The translations under genes were made by a program, and so were the position numbers. A DNA stretch of 64,000 nt from Macrostomum lignano (Eukaryota), in assembly GCA_002269645.1 (NCBI GenBank), contig NIVC01001176.1, forward strand, positions 124,001 to 188,000, in the 5' to 3' direction. Positions within the stretch are counted from its first letter, which is position 1. Each line of letters starts with the position of its first letter. Positions 57,388 to 64,000 of this stretch are shown piece after piece. The notes beneath the pieces are model-generated. The model ran no database searches. It had not been told where the DNA came from and saw nothing but the letters and a program-made list of their open reading frames with translations.

Positions 57388-60300
57388 GATTTTTCCGATT
57401 GTAGCCATGAACTGTGGCAAATGAGAAACTCAATGCAATGACTTTATGAAGTCTAAATTGTTCTAAATTATTTGTATGCTCTTGAAGTAAAGTACATGTA
57501 ATACTAGCGTATGCTTTCTTGTAAATGCAAAGCAAATGCCGTTTTCTGTACCTTAATGCGTGTGTGATTGTACTGCCACTCATGCATATTTAGTTAAAGT
57601 TAGCCTTAGTCCTAGTACTTGTATTTCCTGTAACTTCTGTATTTGAAGTTACATTACTTATATTAGCTTCTGCTTCGCAAGCAAGTCATACAAATGTATA
57701 CAAATTTGCGAGTGTGTATAATGTATTTGCTTAAAATTTGATATAGAAGTGTGTTTTGTCAAATACAAATTGTACATGTGCGTCACTCTAAATTGATTGG
57801 TTCAAGGTTGTACATTAAGCGAGAAAGTTAAATCCTGCTTATTTTTTGCTTGCTTCTTTACTTCGCAATGCTGTTTCAGGTGAGTAGCTAAATTTTGGGG
57901 CTTGAATCGAAACAATCACTCACAGAATTATGGAGTCAATCCTGGAATCGATGGAATGTACACCAGCTGCCAGAGACAGCAAGAAGCGATGCAAGAGATA
58001 AGAGTTAAGCCGATTCAATTGCCTGGGTGGCTCGTCCCGTAACTACAAATGAGTTAAGTTGCCTGCAGTCCGGTGCAAGGAAAGTGGAAAGAATTGAAGA
58101 AATGATTGGCGGAGAGGTGGCTGGGGTTGTGCAGATTGGGCCGGGTCTTTTGGAGGATTAGTGTGGATTTCCGTGAGGGGAATAAGGGCAAGTTTGCAAA
58201 GCTGCCGCTTCGGCGCTATGCGCGCCATTCTGCCGCCGCTTGCGTCGGCTGATAGGGCAATAGTTGAAGTGTCATTTGGCGCTTGCGGCGCGCTGATAGC
58301 TGCATCCGTTATGTTGGACCAGCGTGCCAAGTCAAACGTAATAATCGCCTCACTCGATTCAAAGCGATCTATTTTGTGTTTTAGACTCGGACTTTAATGG
58401 GCATGGCTTCCACATTATCCCAGAGTGCGGGACGTCAAATCCCGCCAAGATCTGTCCGGATTAAGGGGCATTCAGAAATCACTTTTGCACCTGGTGGTGC
58501 TCCAAATATGCAAGTCTATATAGACAGGCTTAGTTTAGTCCAAGTTTGTCAGGCTGCCATTGAAGAACCGCTTGGCCTAGACAGGTGCGACTTGCGCACT
58601 CACTGGTGCACTATATAGTCCAGATTGTCCCGGTTTTAATCTTCAGGTACAGCTTAGTCTTGCATCCTGTAATTTCCAGCTGTCAATCTACATGTATATG
58701 TACATCTAAACCTCTTACCCGCCGAAGACGCGTCCACGAAGTCTACCCACAGGGGGTCCCGTGCACACCGGCAACCAGCCCACCCTACACCCCCCGATCG
58801 GTCTTGCGAAATGAGTGGTACCGTTGTGGACGTCAGTGCCTTCGCTAAGGTAACTGAGCGCGGTCTGCATGGCTAGCAATAGCAGCGGTACATCCTGGCC
58901 AAGGACTTCATCACCGACTCCTCTGGTCATGCAAGCAATAGGCTCCGGTTGAGCCTTGTCTGCCTCCGACTGCGACTCACCTCCGGTCTCGCGCCCGCAA
59001 CCGGCGCTTCCGGCCTCGCCCGCCAGTTTTCTGCGCACTTGGCATCGCCCTCCAAACGGCCTCTTGCGCTAGCCTGCAACCTCGCGCACCATGTATTTCT
59101 GACTGTGCTGTCGCACCCGCCAATGCCTGGCCAATCTACACACCTGCCAGTGATACCCCGGGCATCGAGGCTGCGGTTGGCCAACGCGCTTTAAAATCTA
59201 GATTTAAGATTGAGGTTTGCAGATGAGGTTTGATTTCTAGATCTAGAAATCCTAATTTACTGTATCCACATTCTTCCTACTGGGGATCACAAAATCGTAG
59301 AGAGATGGGATTTTTGATGACCCTACACTCGTTGCCCGTGAAGTGACTGAAAATGACAATGATTTTCAATCAATGCGATATCCAACAATGCGTCCCGTAT
59401 TATGCATCTCAAGCAACATTTTATCCTCTGGCATTATTGGAAGGTTGACTGGAATGCATGATTTAACTTTTCAATAGGATAGGCTTGCATTATTCGTTGG
59501 GACGCTGGGTCTAATGGGATGCGTTCTTTATGTTTTAAAAGGAGTTTTCGGACTGGAAGTGACCTGCCCCCTCCTTTTCCTTCGCTTTTGCCCTCTTGTA
59601 CCACTTTTGCCTTCTGCCTATTACACTTAGGAAAGTTTGAATTACCCTTTGAACATTCTTTCCCTGAGATCAAGGACAACCCAAGTCTGAGACATCTACC
59701 CAGTCTACCGTGAGTATCTAAGTCCATCGTAACTGTTTGTCAGTTACTCCTTAGCACTACAAGGTTCACATACCAGTCCTAAAATATCTTGGGACTACAA
59801 GGGTTTTAGTTAACATCTTACACCGCATTATCTTACACCGCTTGTTAGACCATCACGTGTTTGCATTATTAAATAAATTGTAAGCTTGACACCATCAAGA
59901 GATTGACACCATCAGGAACGAAGGTCGTACCCTTTTCTAGATTCATTTGTGCCCATAGGATTAGGGGCACTGGTCAATAGGTGCCCAGTCGAGATACGGC
60001 ACAGACCATAAAACGTATATTTCAGTGATTTCACCCGTCCGAATCACGCTTAAGCTCACATCCTTCACATTCTTACTCTTACAACCCGGTTGGTGAACTG
60101 GATGACTGGAGTCTCTTTGTGACGGAGCAATATCCGCAGAATTGAACTCCTTACAATAATAGAATCATTATAAAAAGCCAACCCCACCCATCAATAGCAA
60201 CTTCATGCCCTGTAACAATAACTTTGCATTTCAACAAAATTATGTTACGTGTATTATAGCAACTTCTGAGGAAATATCGTTTGATCAAGCCTTATATCGA

Positions 60301-60829
60301 ACTACTCGTACTTTAAATTTTCAAATAGAGCTGCACCGGTTAATTTTTCAGAATCTTTTTCAACGGCATAATTAATTTTCTTGCAGCTCAAATTAAATAC
60401 ATTTATCAGGGGCACAAATTGAACCGGAAATTTACATGATTTTACTTTGCACTTTGCCTGTCCCTAGCCCGATGCGCAATTGTGAGTTAAATCAGGCTCA
60501 ATATCATTCTTGCTGAAACATCAGCAGACAGGCTCACAGTATTGGACCGAACTGAAAGAGCACTATCCGGCCTTTTTCGCCGTACAAACAAGAATTTTTA
60601 TGCTCTAAAGTACGAGTAGATTACTATTACCAGTCCCATCGGGCAAATGACACGCGCAGTTCCTTCAGTGCCCAACTGTGAGGACAGGCGCGAACTCGGC
60701 TCTTCGTTGACTGACTGCAGGCGGCGCGGCCTTCACCCGTGACCATGCAGGTCTCAAGGCATGCCCCGAGATGCTGCAACAAGGACCTTGACAACTTGCT
60801 TTTCTATTCTGTTAAGACTGCAGTTCATT

Positions 60830-62650
60830 TGGAGAAGTGGACACTTAACACCCAGTGCATCTGTGCACACGTGGACATGCAGACTATGCATGTTTGATAT
60901 GGTATGGTACATGTATAGCTCAACAAACGTTGATTTTTAACTTGTCTTTTAAAGTGTCTTCTAAAAGAGAATTTAACCTCTTTTTCGTTTCTCCCAATTT
61001 TTTTATTTCCATATACGAATATCCAAGCTGCCGGATCGAGTGAAAAGAAGTGGAAAACAAAAATATCTGAAATAAAGTGAAAACATTCTCAAAAGATGGA
61101 ACAACCGGCCATAAGGAGTAAAATTGCATATCTTGACCTAGAAATGAACTAACAGATTTTATTTAATAACAATTTGGTGCAGGAAATTGGGGCGCAAGTA
61201 TAAAGTGCAACACGCACTATAACTACATACGTCTTGAAAAAATAGCTGCCAAAATGATTGCAAAATTCCAGGCACAAAAATAACTGCAGGGATAATTTGC
61301 TGTCTTTTGCTGTTTTGCACAAGCGTCTTCAAATATCGACAATCTGAAATTAACAACTGACAACCAACGTTCTATCGGGTGTGGGGTGTCCAAGAAGGGC
61401 CACACTTTGTGCGCAAACTCTGGTCTTAAAAATGATTACTTTCTGCAATTTTTTCAGAATTCATTAAACTGTCTTCTCCAATACGGGATAACATTTGAAA
61501 CCTGCTCAATGTGATGTTCCGATCCTGACACCTGGCTTTTAAGATTTATTTAACTGAAACTAAATAAATCAAACAAAATAAGCATCAGAAAACCACTTCG
61601 ACGTCGTCGGTGCTGAACCCAGCCTTTGTACTGGACGTCGAAACAGTGATGGTCGGAATGCCGACAGATGGCGTCACAGTGGCCGGTTTCGCTCGCAAAG
61701 CGGCTCGATTTGCCCGCACAGCAGTCGGCGGATTCGGCACGATCGGCGGATTCGGCACGGTACGCGGATTCAGCACGGTCGGCGGATTCGGCACGGTCGG
61801 CGGATTCGGCACGGTCGGCGGATTCAGCACGGTCGGCGGATTCGGCACAGAAAAATCGAGTGTCATGGATTCACTCTCGTCCTGAGCGTGTTCTGCTGTG
61901 CCGCCAGAAGCCTGCACATTGTGATCATTGTCTTCCTGACCATTGTCATGCCCTGGAAGGAACACTAGGTCGAGGCGTGTGTCGTATGCTCGACGCAAAG
62001 CTAGTCCTTTTAGCTTTGATGGGTTGCTTAGATGAGGTCGAAATACCCCCTGAAGTTGGCGATAATTTACTTTCGCACCCATTCCGGCCTTCACTAAAAC
62101 GGGGCAGGGAGTAAGGAGAAAGTGTTTTAATTGAATTGTACTTTGCATAAAAGTTTAACATAATTTTTGCATAAAACTTTAGCTATTAAGAACATTACGA
62201 ACTTTGCCATAATTTCAGGATTCGTAATCATGCTGTTTGATCCAGGTACTAAAAATTCATTTTCATTAATTTTCAAAAAATTAAACTAACTGTATGCGGC
62301 TCTTGCTTCAGCTCGGACTTCTTTTCGCATTTCGTCAGCAGTAGGCTTCCTGGTAGACACGCTATTGCCAGAAGGCTCTTGGGATGAGAGCAGTTCAAAC
62401 TGCTGCAAGGAAAGGCGTAGAAAATAATTCAGAGTAATTTTACCAAAATTGTACTCTGTAATTCAATACAAAAAACCAAGATTTTATAATAAATATTATG
62501 TAATTTAAGGCATCTTACCTGGAGAAGGCCATTCGCGTCGTTAGAGTGCAGTAATGGCAGCACTTCGGGTGATGCGCATGATTTTGTGTTCCTGCCATTA
62601 CGTCGCTTCACAATAAGCAGCACATGGTGGTCCTTGAAGAGAGACCGAGC
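60830..62650 (-). other. Multi-exon gene convergent with KDZ, possibly Ulp1/SENP-like protease (degenerate)
   Basis: Phase-compatible exons 62650-62519, 62402-62291 and a third exon in the 61585-62148 ORF frame ending ~61594; downstream pieces read ITLSRFQML..MNSEKI, YLKTLVQNS, IFLFSTSFH and KIN/MHWVLSV, reminiscent of C48 proteases. Catalytic Q..N..DCG motif not found. Confidence 0.35.
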
Positions 62651-62742
62651 CTAAAAATAAAGTTAACATGCTACACGTATGAAGTCATCGTCCCTCTAGA
62701 AATCAGCGGAAGCCTTCAAAGAAGGAGAAGCCAGGGGAAACA

Positions 62743-63026
62743 CATGGGCGTAGCCAGGATTTCTGATTGGGGGGGACGCACGGAAGAGGCGACAATGGGG
62801 CGCTAAAATAGCGCCAACTGGGCGCTAAAATAGCGCCAAATAGGCGCTAAAGGGCGTCAAATCGGCGCCAAAGGGCACTAAATGGGTTCAAAATGAGCAC
62901 TTAAGCTGCTCCCAAGGGGCGCGGCCCCCCTTAGCTGCCTTGCCCACCCTCCCGGGCCCCCCTCAGCGGCCCCACCTCCCAGGCGATTGGGGGGCCGCGG
63001 CCCCCCGCCCCCTGGCTACGCCACTG
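62743..63026. mobile_element. hAT-like MITE
   Basis: TIR CATGGGCGTAGCCAGG / CCTGGCTACGCCACTG; 8-bp near-TSD GGGAAACA (62735-62742) and GGGGAACA (63027-63034). Confidence 0.7.
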
Positions 63027-63269
63027 GGGGAACATGGGGTGGGAAATTTGACACGCGCCCGCTCCCACTACGACAAGCAACAAATGATCAATGATTTTCA
63101 GTGCAGTGTATGCAGTTTGATTCATTTTTACTGGCTAAAAAGAAGAAATTTATATGACACTGCAATTTATAACAAACCATTCGATCCAGATCTGCGACAG
63201 ACGGACCGCTCCTCTGTTCGTTGGCAATACTTGCGTAATTAGCTTTTTCCTCATCAGTAAGACCATTGA

Positions 63270-63885
63270 GTAGAAGGCATGAGGGGGCTTTTGGGACAAA
63301 ATTTTTCACGTCCTCCATAATCCACCTAAATCCATCCATATTATCCCTGACAGAATCTTGAAAAATGGGAGGGGTCGCACTGGCTCTGAAAACTTCGAAC
63401 ATAATCCTATTAAATCCATCCATATTATCCCCGACAGAATCAGACAGTGGACACCTGTTATGCTCACTGACATTGACATAATCCACTGACATCCACCCAT
63501 AGCATCTTCGAAACAATCAGAAAAAAATCTGCATTCTTCTCCCCATGGGGCCCACATTCAATCCGAAGCGGCGAAACCAGATCCCAAAGACTTTAAATTA
63601 TCAGCGCAGGGTGCTCATCCTCCGAAAAAAATTAAATTTTCAATAAAAATGCTTCCAATCATCTCTCCAGGTTCTTACTACAAAGCGCACGAGCCTAATT
63701 ACAAGAGCAAGTACCAATGCAAGAAGGAATGCAGCGAGTACATGAGAAAATATTGGCCCAACGTTGATATCAATGTCCCTAATATTAATCTAGCTCTTCA
63801 AAGACACTGGTTTCATAAGTATGGAGTAGTCATTAACGATTACGACAGCTATTATAACTTTGCAGAAATCATTAGGCAATTGTGA
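63270..63885. mobile_element. Second copy of the Polinton-like segment, with intact 78-aa ORF 63649-63885
   Basis: Similar to 21700-22365; ORF MLPIISPGSYYKAHEPNYKSKYQC is conserved in both copies. Confidence 0.65.
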
Positions 63886-63889
63886 TTTC

Positions 63890-64000
63890 TTACATTCTCT
63901 CAATGATCAACGTCAATACAAACTCTTCACTGTTGAAATCAACACCCACCCCATCTTCAGTATCAAACTGTAGCACAATCTCTTGAATCTCCTTATTACT
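63890..64000 (-). CDS. C-terminus of a putative Polinton/adintovirus minor capsid (penton) protein, runs off the window
   Basis: Reads SNKEIQEIVLQFDTEDGVGVDFNSEEFVLTLIIERM*, fitting the I..I.L...D..G..VDF.GE...L.L.I pattern I recall for Polinton minor capsid ends. Confidence 0.5.
   Translation of the reverse strand, partial: SNKEIQEIVLQFDTEDGVGVDFNSEEFVLTLIIERM

Noticed and set aside
57868-60400. Coding-like GC-richer patches, including a weak Myb/SANT-like CSPVQGKWKELKK
   Set aside because: Stops occur in all frames, no consistent exon chain could be built, and the similarity is too short to support a call.

Overview
Eukaryotic (metazoan) genomic DNA, not prokaryotic. GC-rich Ala/Gly-rich exons, GT-AG introns filled with minisatellites and TTAGGG tracts suggest a free-living flatworm such as Macrostomum (inference). 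The first ~16 kb holds two host genes on the + strand: a 2-exon D-amino-acid/D-aspartate oxidase and a 7-exon ANKRD50-like NACHT-ankyrin gene. From ~19 kb to the end is a dense transposon cluster. In order it contains a decayed Crypton-type tyrosine recombinase, a Polinton/adintovirus-like fragment with a parvovirus-type PLA2, three head-to-tail non-autonomous Helitrons, and a 5'-truncated Gypsy LTR retrotransposon whose Gag carries an in-frame cold-shock domain. It continues with a complete 11,059-bp Foldback/NOF-like Mutator element (9-bp TSD, ~2-kb modular TIRs) whose transposase locus includes a spliced USP deubiquitinase domain, and an apparently intact 10-exon KDZ/Zisupton-type transposase facing a possible Ulp1-like gene. 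It ends with a hAT-like MITE and a second Polinton-like segment running off the window end. The top candidates for undescribed systems are the Gag-CSD retrotransposon and the USP-carrying Mutator. All family calls come from motif recognition by eye; no database searches were run.
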